Origin: Candidatus Amesbacteria bacterium
GTDB taxonomy: Bacteria > Patescibacteriota > Microgenomatia > CAZETR01 > Amesbacteraceae
Length of the DNA: 41,474 nucleotides
Reading direction: 5' to 3'
NCBI GenBank assembly: GCA_016219445.1
Contig: JACRNA010000022.1
Span: 1-41,474 of the forward strand
In this document: positions 26,375 through 33,974 of the stretch, piece after piece
Layout of the letters: each line of letters starts with the position of its first letter
How positions within the stretch are numbered: the stretch's first letter is position 1
The notes under the pieces: model-generated
What the model saw: only the letters and a program-made list of their open reading frames with translations
Databases searched by the model: none
Told to the model about the DNA's origin: nothing
Program-made: the position numbers and the translations under genes

Positions 26375-26986
26375 TCATCCAGTAGATGTTACCATATAGC
26401 GCTCGGAAGACAAAGTGAATTTGGTTCCAGATTTCTTGGCCTGTGTCCAGTACATACCTTTCTTTTGCTTAGCTCTGGCATTATTGGCAGCCAACCAATT
26501 TTTGGATTCGGCCACCTTGGTTCTCAAGCTAGATATAAGCGATCTCAAAGTTTCAAAAAAGTTTCGGTGATAGACACCGGGGTTTACTACAGATTGCATA
26601 GTTGCAATTTGAACTTCTTTACCCAAATCACCCAGTGATTTAGCCATCTTATGGATATCCTCTTGGATAGCTGTAATTTGCTGTTTGACTTGGGTTTCCG
26701 CTTGAATAAAGAAAGTTCGCTCTTGAGTAAGTCTGTGCTCATATTTCTTTCCTGCCTTCGTTTCTCCCTCATTTTTGGCTTTTTCCAGGTCAGCAAGAGA
26801 ATATTGCTGACCGGCTTTGAGATCGACACTAGACTTCAACCCAAGCATTTCTGGAAGGTCGTCGAGTATGGCTTTTTTGACCTGAATCTTCGCTTCCTCA
26901 CCTAGGTTCTTCGATAGTCCGCGTAAAGCTTCCGCAAAGCTGTCTGCGGGCATTTGGACTCTCTTTTGAGCACTATTACTTGCCAT
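26375..26986 (-). CDS. Hypothetical protein (203 aa, charged / coiled-coil-like)
   Basis: Long ORF in the same orientation as its neighbours. I recognise no family. Confidence 0.5.
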   Translation of the reverse strand: MASNSAQKRVQMPADSFAEALRGLSKNLGEEAKIQVKKAILDDLPEMLGLKSSVDLKAGQQYSLADLEKAKNEGETKAGKKYEHRLTQERTFFIQAETQVKQQITAIQEDIHKMAKSLGDLGKEVQIATMQSVVNPGVYHRNFFETLRSLISSLRTKVAESKNWLAANNARAKQKKGMYWTQAKKSGTKFTLSSERYMVTSTG

Positions 26987-27004
26987 AGTCTGACTATAGG
27001 CCTA

Positions 27005-27655
27005 TTATACCAGATTGTTCAAATACTCAAGGGTCTTAGCCCTGTTTTCAAATTTGTGTACTGTTTTTATTTTTTCCAAAATAAATTCCATTTTCAAGTC
27101 TCTCTTTGCTTCTTCCAAGGCTGTCGCTCTCAGCCCTTCGGCATTGGTTTTTTTGGATTGTAAATATTGCTCGGTGGTTAGTCCCAATTTGGTAATGTTT
27201 TCGGAAAGAAGTGATAATCTATGATTGGCTTCTTCTTGGGCAAGAATCTCTGGAATTAGAGCTGAAGTCTTCTTATCCAAGTATTCTATACCCTTGGCTT
27301 TATATTCAGCCGGTAGTACTATTTCGGGGGCTTCACAAACTACGGCTACAAATTCCCAATCTTCATTTTCTTTGGCTTTCTTTAAGCTTATCTGGGGATA
27401 AAGAATGGGTGTGATTTTGTGAGTTTTTATAGCTTTCTCATATAGCTTGGGGAGCAAATCTTGGGCAGCATGAGAATACAAATCATTTTTATTCAAATTT
27501 TGTTCAACTGAAGCTCTTGGAGCCTTGCCTTTTCGAAACCCTGGTAACTCGGCATTGGAGACAGCCTCTAACACCAGCTTTTCATATTGCTCTGAAATTT
27601 CCTTCCAAGTAAGTATCAGATCAAGTTCTATATTTCCATTTGGGAGGCGTTTCAT
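27005..27655 (-). CDS. tig: Trigger factor, truncated form lacking the FKBP PPIase domain
   Basis: N-terminal ribosome-binding domain with LPGFRKGKAPRASVEQ (GFRxGxxP signature). Only 216 aa versus ~430 in canonical Tig. Confidence 0.7.
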   Translation of the reverse strand: MKRLPNGNIELDLILTWKEISEQYEKLVLEAVSNAELPGFRKGKAPRASVEQNLNKNDLYSHAAQDLLPKLYEKAIKTHKITPILYPQISLKKAKENEDWEFVAVVCEAPEIVLPAEYKAKGIEYLDKKTSALIPEILAQEEANHRLSLLSENITKLGLTTEQYLQSKKTNAEGLRATALEEAKRDLKMEFILEKIKTVHKFENRAKTLEYLNNLV

Positions 27656-28269
27656 TACTTTGTCAGAGTTGTGGTATCTAAAAATAGATCGCCAATTGCC
27701 AACTTGTTAATGACATCCATGCCGGATATCACTTTTCCAAAATAGGTATATTCATTGTTCAAAAATTGAGAATCTTTCTTGATGATAAAGAATTGAGAAT
27801 CGTTACTATATTCTTTGGGAAATTCTTTGCGGGCTACCCCTACGCTACCGACTACAAATGGTTCGCTCGATGTTTCTGTAGCCAGATCAGATTTTCCACC
27901 CGTTCCATTGCCTAGAGGGTCACATCCCTGGACGACCCAATCCTCAACTCTGTGCCAAGTCAGGTTATTACAATATCCTGAATTAAATTTAGCGAGAAAG
28001 TTTGCTACTGTCTTAGGAGCTAGGTCGGGTCTAAGTTCAATTACAAAGTCACCTTTGGATGTATTGATTTTGACTTGAGGTCTGAAATTAGTATTCATAG
28101 TACTGTTTGCCGGAGTACCGGATGGACTGGCTGTCTCAACTTTGCCTGTAGGCAGACTTTTGTTGCTAAATTTTTTGCTGATTAAGACCCCTGCAATTAT
28201 AACCAAAATAACGACAATTATTCCTGCGACCAAATACCTATTATTTTCATCCATGCGCCGATAATACAC
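27655..28269 (-). CDS. Membrane-anchored cyclophilin-type peptidyl-prolyl isomerase
   Basis: N-terminal TM (YLVAGIIVVILVIIAGVLI). Cyclophilin motifs are APKTVANFL, WHRVEDWVVQGCDPLGNGTGG, SQFFII and FGKVISGMDVI. Its stop overlaps the tig ATG (TAATG). Confidence 0.85.
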   Translation of the reverse strand: MYYRRMDENNRYLVAGIIVVILVIIAGVLISKKFSNKSLPTGKVETASPSGTPANSTMNTNFRPQVKINTSKGDFVIELRPDLAPKTVANFLAKFNSGYCNNLTWHRVEDWVVQGCDPLGNGTGGKSDLATETSSEPFVVGSVGVARKEFPKEYSNDSQFFIIKKDSQFLNNEYTYFGKVISGMDVINKLAIGDLFLDTTTLTK

Positions 28270-28274
28270 GAAAT

Positions 28275-28583
28275 TTAGTCAATTGGCAAGGATATCTGTC
28301 TATCGATGACAGGCATCTGCATAGAGCTTTCGATATTTGTAAAATTACTCAATTGATTTCTGATCTCAGTCAAGCTGTCCGGGCTCGTGATATTTGAAGC
28401 GGGAATGGGCTTATATATTCCACTTCCTTCTGGATTTTGGATAGTAGCCGCGCGAAAAATTGGTAATTTTGCAATCAAAAGATCTACCACTAATACAAAT
28501 ATCATGGCAGGAATAGACAGCCAGACAGGACTAAGGCCGTGTGGTAGCTTCATGGAGTATTTGGGAGGCACTAGATAGAGCAT
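28275..28583 (-). CDS. Small hypothetical membrane protein
   Basis: ORF with one TM (WLSIPAMIFVLVVDLLIA). The start is uncertain (M11 at 28553 is possible). Confidence 0.4.
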   Translation of the reverse strand: MLYLVPPKYSMKLPHGLSPVWLSIPAMIFVLVVDLLIAKLPIFRAATIQNPEGSGIYKPIPASNITSPDSLTEIRNQLSNFTNIESSMQMPVIDRQISLPID

Positions 28584-29112
28584 CCCGGCTTTCTTTCAAA
28601 TAACTTAAGTAGTTTTCATATGACCAATCATTGGTATCTAATACGACCAAGTTACGCTTGGTTTCGGAAAACTGGAGCTTTTCTAAATAGAGCTTGGCGT
28701 TTCCGGTTGTCATTTTGTCGGTGGTGCCAATATTTGCCAGATTGTCCTGAAGGACTTGTAAATTGTTCTTGAGGATTGTCAGCCTGGCTTGGTTTGCTAC
28801 TTTTGTGATTCGTTCCAGCTTATTTTCCCATTCCAGACTTGCTTTGTTTACCTCAGTAAGCGTATCGTAGCTTTTGATGCTTTGCTCCCACGAGGTGAGT
28901 TCCGCATCCAAAGAATTTTCTCCTAAGCTATGTAAATACTCCAGTATCAATTTGTTTCTTGATAACAATAAAGTTAGAGTTTTATTGACTGCTTCCTGAC
29001 GGGTGGAACTCGTGCGGTATTGGATATATTGATTCTTGGCAGTCAAATACCGCTTGGAAGCTTGTTGGTAATCAGGGAATGCAGATAGGACAAATAATAA
29101 AATTGGCAGCAT
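28531..29112 (-). CDS. Hypothetical secreted / coiled-coil protein
   Basis: Signal-like N-terminus MLPILLFVLSAFP, otherwise helical. Only 26 nt separate its ATG from the left end of the inserted element. Confidence 0.5.
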   Translation of the reverse strand: MLPILLFVLSAFPDYQQASKRYLTAKNQYIQYRTSSTRQEAVNKTLTLLLSRNKLILEYLHSLGENSLDAELTSWEQSIKSYDTLTEVNKASLEWENKLERITKVANQARLTILKNNLQVLQDNLANIGTTDKMTTGNAKLYLEKLQFSETKRNLVVLDTNDWSYENYLSYLKESRDALSSASQILHEATTRP

Positions 29113-29138
29113 ATATCTATATTAACATTTTATGTTAT

Positions 29139-29223
29139 GTGGACTCTTTTTGAAAAAATCCGAACTTCCTTTCGCGAAAACCGCTAAACTGTCAGCTCGT
29201 CCCGCTTCGCGGGACTCGCTTTT
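29139..29223. repeat. IR-A, left copy (85 bp)
   Basis: Its reverse complement equals 33751-33835 with one mismatch (29181 C versus the complement of 33793 A). Similarity continues imperfectly with an indel to ~29273 / ~33719. Confidence 0.9.
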
Positions 29224-29820
29224 ATCCTTGCGCTCGCGGAGCTTATCCCGCTATGCGGGGCTCGCGCTTTCGATTATTTAAGAATGTTTTCGGCGCGCGC
29301 GTTCTCGCCAGCGGGCGAGTAAGGAAGGATTTATAGTTTTCCTTGGCCCACCCTTCCCGTCCGCGGAAAACGATTTTCTCCCCTGTATTGTAGCTGAAAA
29401 GACAAGAGAAATACAGGCTGTCTTGACTTCACACTATCCCACCCTCCCAGAATAAATTGATGGCGGCGACCCCATCCTCGTTCGCAGGGCGCCCTAGGGG
29501 GCGCCTCGCCAGTGTCTTTGCCTTCTAACTTCTCATACAATCTCTTCCGAAGTAAGAGAATTTCTTGTAAGTCAGCTCACTGCGGTGGGGTATCCGCTTT
29601 TTCGCCCCCGCCTTCTTTATTCTACCCCTGTCCAGTGTCCGTACCATTGGCGGGTAATTCGGATGGCTCGCCCTGCATTTCCTTCTATCCAAAGCATTTC
29701 CAGCAGGGCTCGCGTGGGTCGGGCGCACTCGTAAATGTTCCAAATAATACGTTAGAATTTCTGTCGTGCGCCCTCCTTTTCAGCAGGTACTCTCCGATGG
29801 GGCGGGGGCGGCGGAGCCGC
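29224..29820 (-). ncRNA. Candidate large structured RNA (GC-rich, hairpin-dense, class unknown; the strand is my best guess)
   Basis: No credible ORF. One 60-nt line (29461-29520) is 43/60 G+C by my count in an otherwise AT-rich genome. Nested helices, written as minus-strand RNA, include GGGCGCAC/GTGCGCCC, GCCCTGC/GCAGGGC, CCCGCC/GGCGGG, GGCGA[GGCGCCC-CCTA-GGGCGCC]...TCGCC, CTGTATT/AATACAG and GGAAAA-CGA-TTTTCC. On the minus strand a C(UUCG)G tetraloop hairpin is TCTCTT-A-C-TTCG-G-AAGAGA. The block starts 7 nt after the SEC-C stop. Confidence 0.45.
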
Positions 29821-29827
29821 CAATAAT

Positions 29828-31273
29828 CTATTTGAATACTTTATGCTTTTTCTCCAGCTCCAGAAAGATAGCTAATGGAACATTTGCCGTAAAGTTTTTT
29901 CTGTCGGTGCGAGCCTCTAATAGCTTACCAACCGCTGTGATACAAAAACCAAGGGCAGGTATTTGCCAATTCATTCCGCCTGATAAAATTGCTGCGATGC
30001 CCCCTGATCCTGTAACCCATTTTAGAAGTTCCTTATCAATTTTTGTCCATTCTTCTTTTGTTTTTCCATATTCTTCCTGTAATTCCTCAGATAACCGTCT
30101 TGCCAACTTTTCCGCCTCTTCGTATGATGGGTTTCCTTCAATACCGACCCATACCTTACGTAGGAACTGCCTAAATCCTTCCAGTCTGCCTTCTTCCTTT
30201 AACCTAAAAGCAAATTTAGGATCGATGTTGTTGAGAAAATTGAACTCTAGACTTTGGAAAGATTTTGTAAGAGGGCTCCAAACTTCACCTTCAGAAGATT
30301 GGGCCTGTTTTGTTGATAGAATTTCCCGCCATTGCTCCCGTCGGTCAGTATACAGATAGGACCCTGTCAATTGTCCGATGTACAAAGCAAGCTCTAGGTT
30401 TGCACCGTTCCTCATTACGTGGAGCTCCCCACCATCCGGTAGTTCCTGATCCAATATCATTGGGTCTTCTTTCCTCATTTTTTGTACGTATTGGACCATT
30501 TCGGCCATTCCTTTATTATCCATTGTGGGGATAGCGTTCTTGATGCTAATTGCGAGTTTATCTTTGGGTAACCGATACATAGTTTTGGCAAGCATTGCTA
30601 TACCTCTTGGTTTTATTTCGGCGATTGTTTCTTTTGTAAGTTCAAGTTTCTGATCTTTCCACCTTTTTTCAGCCATCTGCCATACTTCCTTCCTAAGTGA
30701 GTAATCGAAGTCGCAAGGGTTGGGAATAAGGTTGACTAGGCCAGCTCCAATCCAAGGCGCTAACCGGAAAATAAAGGCAATCATCTCTAGGGTATCTTGT
30801 TTATATAATTCAGGGTGAACGATTGGGTTAAAATCTGTAGCTATAGTACGAGGGTTCATAAAAGGACTAACTACTAAAACTTCATCCGTATAGAGGCTAT
30901 ACCTTACTATGTTTTGCAATATCGCGTTTAAATCAGGTTTGGTTTCACCCATATAAAAGCCTCTGAGATTTTTACTCGGTTTGGGTAGTAATGAAATAAT
31001 GTCCGTATCTGTTGGCCACAGCCAAGAAACGACTCTATAAAGCTCTCTTACTTGATCATTGGACATCTCTCGTCTGAAGTCATTCCAAGTTATGCCTCTA
31101 TTGAAGCCAAAAATATCAACGATCGCATTTAGAAGTACAACGTTTCTCTCCTTTATACTTCTTTGGTGAAAAGGATTGGATTGAGGTGTCACAGCAAGAT
31201 GCTTATTGAGATGACACTTTTTATATTTCCTCCCGCTACCACAAGGACATAGATCATTTCTACCGATTTTCAT
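29828..31273 (-). CDS. SEC-C metal-binding-motif protein of unknown function (481 aa)
   Basis: N-terminal GRNDLCPCGSGRKYKKCH is a SEC-C Zn motif. I do not recognise the remainder. The C-terminus has a Gly-rich hydrophobic stretch, GSGGIAAILSGGMNWQIPALGFCITAVGKLL. Confidence 0.7.
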   Translation of the reverse strand: MKIGRNDLCPCGSGRKYKKCHLNKHLAVTPQSNPFHQRSIKERNVVLLNAIVDIFGFNRGITWNDFRREMSNDQVRELYRVVSWLWPTDTDIISLLPKPSKNLRGFYMGETKPDLNAILQNIVRYSLYTDEVLVVSPFMNPRTIATDFNPIVHPELYKQDTLEMIAFIFRLAPWIGAGLVNLIPNPCDFDYSLRKEVWQMAEKRWKDQKLELTKETIAEIKPRGIAMLAKTMYRLPKDKLAISIKNAIPTMDNKGMAEMVQYVQKMRKEDPMILDQELPDGGELHVMRNGANLELALYIGQLTGSYLYTDRREQWREILSTKQAQSSEGEVWSPLTKSFQSLEFNFLNNIDPKFAFRLKEEGRLEGFRQFLRKVWVGIEGNPSYEEAEKLARRLSEELQEEYGKTKEEWTKIDKELLKWVTGSGGIAAILSGGMNWQIPALGFCITAVGKLLEARTDRKNFTANVPLAIFLELEKKHKVFK

Positions 31274-31282
31274 AATTGCTTC

Positions 31283-31340
31283 TTGACTTTCGATTTATTT
31301 TCTAACTATACTAGTATATAGAAAGAAATTAGAATGTCAA
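31283..31340. promoter_or_regulatory. Divergent overlapping promoters sharing a 12-bp perfect palindrome TATACTAGTATA (31307-31318)
   Basis: The plus strand has TTGACT (31283-31288)-N18-TATACT (31307-31312). The minus strand has TTGACA (31340-31335)-N16-TATACT (31318-31313). The two -10 boxes are the two halves of the palindrome, which is a likely operator for the adjacent wHTH protein. Confidence 0.55.
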
Positions 31341-31341
31341 T

Positions 31342-32763
31342 ATGATAACAAAGCGCCAGAAGCAGGTACTAGAGTTTATAAAAATATTTCGAGACAAGAA
31401 GGGCTATGCTCCGTCTTTGGAAGAAATAAAGCACCATTTTGGCCTAGCTTCGGTATCCACTGCTCATTATCACGTTAAGTCCCTCGAGAAAATGAGTTAT
31501 CTTAAAAAGCAGGAAAATTTACCGAGAAGCATTGATGTATTTGAAACACGGCCCATGGTTCAAATCCCTATTTTAGGTCGTATTTCTGCCGGGCAACCAA
31601 TAGAGGCAATTCAAGATAAAGAAATTATTGCGGTTCAACAAAACCTAATCCTTTCTTCCTCAGAAGTTTATGCTCTTCGTGTAGTTGGTAACAGTATGAT
31701 TGAAGAAAATATAAATGATGGTGATGTTATTTTAGTCCGCAAACAGGAAACCGCAGAAAACGGACAGAAAGTGGTCGCACTTATAGATAATCACGAAGCA
31801 ACTTTGAAGAAATTCTATAGAGAGAAGGGGCATATCCGATTGCAACCAGCTAATAAGGCTATGGAGCCACTTATATTTAGAAATGGACATGATATTTCTA
31901 TTCAAGGTGTTGTTTTGGATGTCATCCGAGAAGGGCTGTCGCCAACCGTTGTTTCCACAGAAATTGAAGCTAAACCTAGTGAATATAGGGAACTTCCCTT
32001 GAACGAAATTATCTGCGGAGACGCAGTTGACGTAATGAAGGCAATGCCTCCGGACTCGATTGATCTGGTGGTAACCTCCCCTCCATACGATGAATTAAGA
32101 AATTATAATGGTTATCGGTTCAATTTTGAGGGAATAGCCAAGGGACTATTCAGAGTTGTCAAAAAAGGCGGTGTCTTAGTGTGGGTAGTCGGAGACAAAA
32201 TAAATAAAGGGGATAGAAGTCTTACAAGCTTCAGACAAGCCCTGTTCTTTCAGAGTGTAGGTTTCAACGCCCATGATGTCATGATTTATAGGAAAAAGAA
32301 CACTCCTTTTATGAGATCTAATGCCTACACAAATTGCTATGAGTTTATGTTCGTTTTCAGTAAAGGTTCTCCCAAAACATTTAATCCCTTAAAAACCAAA
32401 ACCATCCGACAGGGTCAAGAAATGCTTCCGTTCAATAAAAAGGCAGATGGAATAAATAAAAAAACAAAAGGTGAGCTAAAACCAGAAAAAACCTTAACGA
32501 ATATCTGGGATTATGCCGTAGGGTTTGGTGGCTCGACTAGCGATAAAATTGCATTTCAACATACTGCTATATTCCCAGAAAAATTAGCAGAGGACCATGT
32601 TCTTTCATGGACAAAAACAGGAGATGTTGTTTTTGATCCAATGTGCGGTTCTGGAACGACTTGCAAAATGGCCGCTATAAATAAACGCTACTATATTGGA
32701 TGCGATATATCTAAAGAATATGTTGAACTTACGAAGAAAAGGCTAAAATACTTCAATCTCTAG
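31342..32763 (+). CDS. Fusion: complete LexA-type repressor (wHTH + S24 autopeptidase) + beta-class N4/N6 DNA methyltransferase
   Basis: Residues 1-~205: LexA wHTH (RQKQVLEFI...SLEEIKHHFGLASVSTAHYHVKSLEKMSYL), cleavage-site-like ISAGQPI, and the Ser/Lys dyad GNSM ... ATLKKF. Residues ~225-473: motif IV DLVVTSPPY comes before motif I FDPMCGSGTTCKMA, the beta-class order. SPPY is more typical of N4-cytosine enzymes. Confidence 0.8.
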   Translation: MITKRQKQVLEFIKIFRDKKGYAPSLEEIKHHFGLASVSTAHYHVKSLEKMSYLKKQENLPRSIDVFETRPMVQIPILGRISAGQPIEAIQDKEIIAVQQNLILSSSEVYALRVVGNSMIEENINDGDVILVRKQETAENGQKVVALIDNHEATLKKFYREKGHIRLQPANKAMEPLIFRNGHDISIQGVVLDVIREGLSPTVVSTEIEAKPSEYRELPLNEIICGDAVDVMKAMPPDSIDLVVTSPPYDELRNYNGYRFNFEGIAKGLFRVVKKGGVLVWVVGDKINKGDRSLTSFRQALFFQSVGFNAHDVMIYRKKNTPFMRSNAYTNCYEFMFVFSKGSPKTFNPLKTKTIRQGQEMLPFNKKADGINKKTKGELKPEKTLTNIWDYAVGFGGSTSDKIAFQHTAIFPEKLAEDHVLSWTKTGDVVFDPMCGSGTTCKMAAINKRYYIGCDISKEYVELTKKRLKYFNL

Positions 32764-33344
32764 TAGTTTTTCTTTAGAAACTCCATAGCACTTTTTAGCA
32801 ATTCAACATCGTCCTTGAAACGCCCTAGACCAGTATTACAACTATCGCATATCCAGCCACCTGGTCTGCCTGTACGATGATCGTGTTCTAGAACAACTTT
32901 GCTGGTTATGCCAGCAATTGTTCTTTTTTTACAAACTGGACATTCAAAAGGTTCGTTGTTTGGTTTCTTTTTAAGCCATTCTATTCTATCGGTTCGAGAT
33001 ACGCCGACACCTTCCATTTTTACACGACAATCTTTACAAGAGGGCCGCCTTACTGACCTATTATTTTTTGCGTTCTGATTTTTGGCAAAATCCGTTGTCT
33101 TTTTTAGTTTATGACAAACATTACAAATTTTTTTAGAAAATCCGTCTCCCGTTTTTCTCACATCTATAATATCGATACCATTTTTACCTAAATCAACTTG
33201 CTTCCAAATCCTTATAAAAAATATCGAAGCATTATTTTTTGCTTCTGACTTTATAACGCCAACATCACCTTTTTCAACTACAATCTCTCCGGGAGCTACA
33301 ATGCCCTTCTTTGCTACGACAAATTTATGTGGTGAATTAGTCAT
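32760..33344 (-). CDS. His-Me finger (Endonuclease VII / HNH-type) nuclease, probable restriction endonuclease
   Basis: LEHDHRTGRPGGWICDSCNTGLGRF matches the Endonuclease VII-family motif DH.H.TG..RG.LC..CN..LG. Additional CxxC pairs are CNVCH, CKDC and CPVCK. It is convergent and overlapping with the methyltransferase gene, and preceded by an HTH gene. Confidence 0.7.
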   Translation of the reverse strand: MTNSPHKFVVAKKGIVAPGEIVVEKGDVGVIKSEAKNNASIFFIRIWKQVDLGKNGIDIIDVRKTGDGFSKKICNVCHKLKKTTDFAKNQNAKNNRSVRRPSCKDCRVKMEGVGVSRTDRIEWLKKKPNNEPFECPVCKKRTIAGITSKVVLEHDHRTGRPGGWICDSCNTGLGRFKDDVELLKSAMEFLKKNY

Positions 33345-33562
33345 TTTAAAAAATAATCAACTGGCTTTTTATAAATTCGAGCAAATTCTTTCAGTGCAAC
33401 AATATCAATTCGCCTCTGTCCTGCTTCAACCTTTGAGACGTGAGATTGAGTCTTGCCGAGCATTTTTGCCACTTCTGCCTGATCTAAACCATTATCTTCT
33501 CGTGCTCTTTTGAGCTTTTCAATAAGGGCTTTGTGGTCTTTAGAAAAAATCGTTTTTGTCAT
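33341..33562 (-). CDS. XRE-family HTH protein (controller-protein-like)
   Basis: LDQAEVAKMLGKTQSHVSKVEAGQRRIDIVAL is a Cro/C1 HTH. ATGA overlap with the nuclease gene, the usual C-R operon layout. Confidence 0.8.
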   Translation of the reverse strand: MTKTIFSKDHKALIEKLKRAREDNGLDQAEVAKMLGKTQSHVSKVEAGQRRIDIVALKEFARIYKKPVDYFLK

Positions 33563-33569
33563 AAAGTAT

Positions 33570-33598
33570 TTGACTTATTCTATTTTATATTCCATAAT
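33570..33598 (+). promoter_or_regulatory. Promoter TTGACT-N17-CATAAT pointing into the recombinase leader
   Basis: -35 at 33570-33575 and -10 at 33593-33598. This would give a ~390-nt leader before the recombinase ATG at 33994. Confidence 0.45.
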
Positions 33599-33646
33599 GT
33601 AATATGCCAAATTGGAATAAACAAGGTAGACAAGAAGGCTCACTAA

Positions 33647-33666
33647 AAATTTTTGCGTTTTTCGGC
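33647..33666. repeat. 20-bp inverted repeat, left arm (AAATTTTTGCGTTTTTCGGC)
   Basis: Perfect reverse complement of 33955-33974. The pair brackets the hairpin-rich 33667-33954 block. Confidence 0.9.
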
Positions 33667-33750
33667 TGTCCCGATTACCATCGGGACAAAATTCGAACCG
33701 ACTTTTTGAGAAAAAGGTGCGAAAGCGCGAGCGAAGCGAGCGCAATGATA

Positions 33751-33835
33751 AAAAGCGAGTCCCGCGAAGCGGGACGAGCTGACAGTTTAGCGATTTTCGC
33801 GAAAGGAAGTTCGGATTTTTTCAAAAAGAGTCCAC
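33751..33835. repeat. IR-A, right copy (85 bp)
   Basis: Reverse complement of 29139-29223 with one mismatch. It contains the hairpin AGC-GA-GTCCCGC-GAA-GCGGGAC-GA-GCT. Confidence 0.9.
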
Positions 33836-33933
33836 CAAATTGGATTTTGTAGCGAGTCGGAGGCGGCTCCGCAGGAGCCGCCGAAGGAAAAGACCTCTGC
33901 GAAGCCCTTTTTGAACTGGCAAAAAAGCTGCCG
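33832..33933. repeat. IR-B, left copy (102 bp)
   Basis: Perfect reverse complement of 35401-35502, checked base by base. It contains the 9-bp hairpin GGCGGCTCC-GCA-GGAGCCGCC. Confidence 0.95.
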
Positions 33934-33954
33934 GAGAAAAAGGAAAACAAAGTG

Positions 33955-33974
33955 GCCGAAAAACGCAAAAATTT
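33955..33974. repeat. 20-bp inverted repeat, right arm
   Basis: GCCGAAAAACGCAAAAATTT is the reverse complement of 33647-33666. It ends 20 nt before the recombinase ATG. Confidence 0.9.

Noticed and set aside
29139-29728. ORF-less group II intron on the minus strand (a GTGCGCCC start at 29728, and an AGC...GCU hairpin ~55-80 nt from the end)
   Set aside because: The GTGCGCCC is perfectly paired with an upstream GGGCGCAC in a hairpin. The candidate domain-5 hairpins have a triloop and symmetric GA/GA internal loops, rather than the 34-nt, 2-nt-bulge, GNRA-capped D5. There is no maturase ORF. The supposed 3' part is duplicated in inverse orientation at 33751-33835. I leave it to a covariance-model search.
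29331-30359. ORF-track entries 29331-29540(-), 29512-29826(+), 29525-29743(-) and 29766-30359(+) in the GC-rich block
   Set aside because: They overlap one another in different frames. They have low-complexity Pro/Arg/Gly/Ser-rich translations typical of random frames in GC-rich DNA. The last one is antisense to the well-supported SEC-C gene. The region is better explained as structured non-coding sequence.
29190-33790. Repeated GC hairpins (GTCCCGC..GCGGGAC, CCCGC..GCGGG, CTCGCC..GGCGAG) as a possible CRISPR array
   Set aside because: There are no regularly spaced identical direct repeats with unique spacers. The copies are explained by the long inverted repeats IR-A. No cas genes are present.
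33790-33837. tRNA-like / tmRNA-like 3' end (…GAAGTTCGGATTTTTTCAAAAAGAGTCCACCA)
   Set aside because: TTCGGAT is T-loop-like and the sequence ends in ACCA. However, 12 rather than 7 nt separate the putative T stem from the discriminator, position 58 would be G, and no complementary 5' acceptor strand exists upstream.
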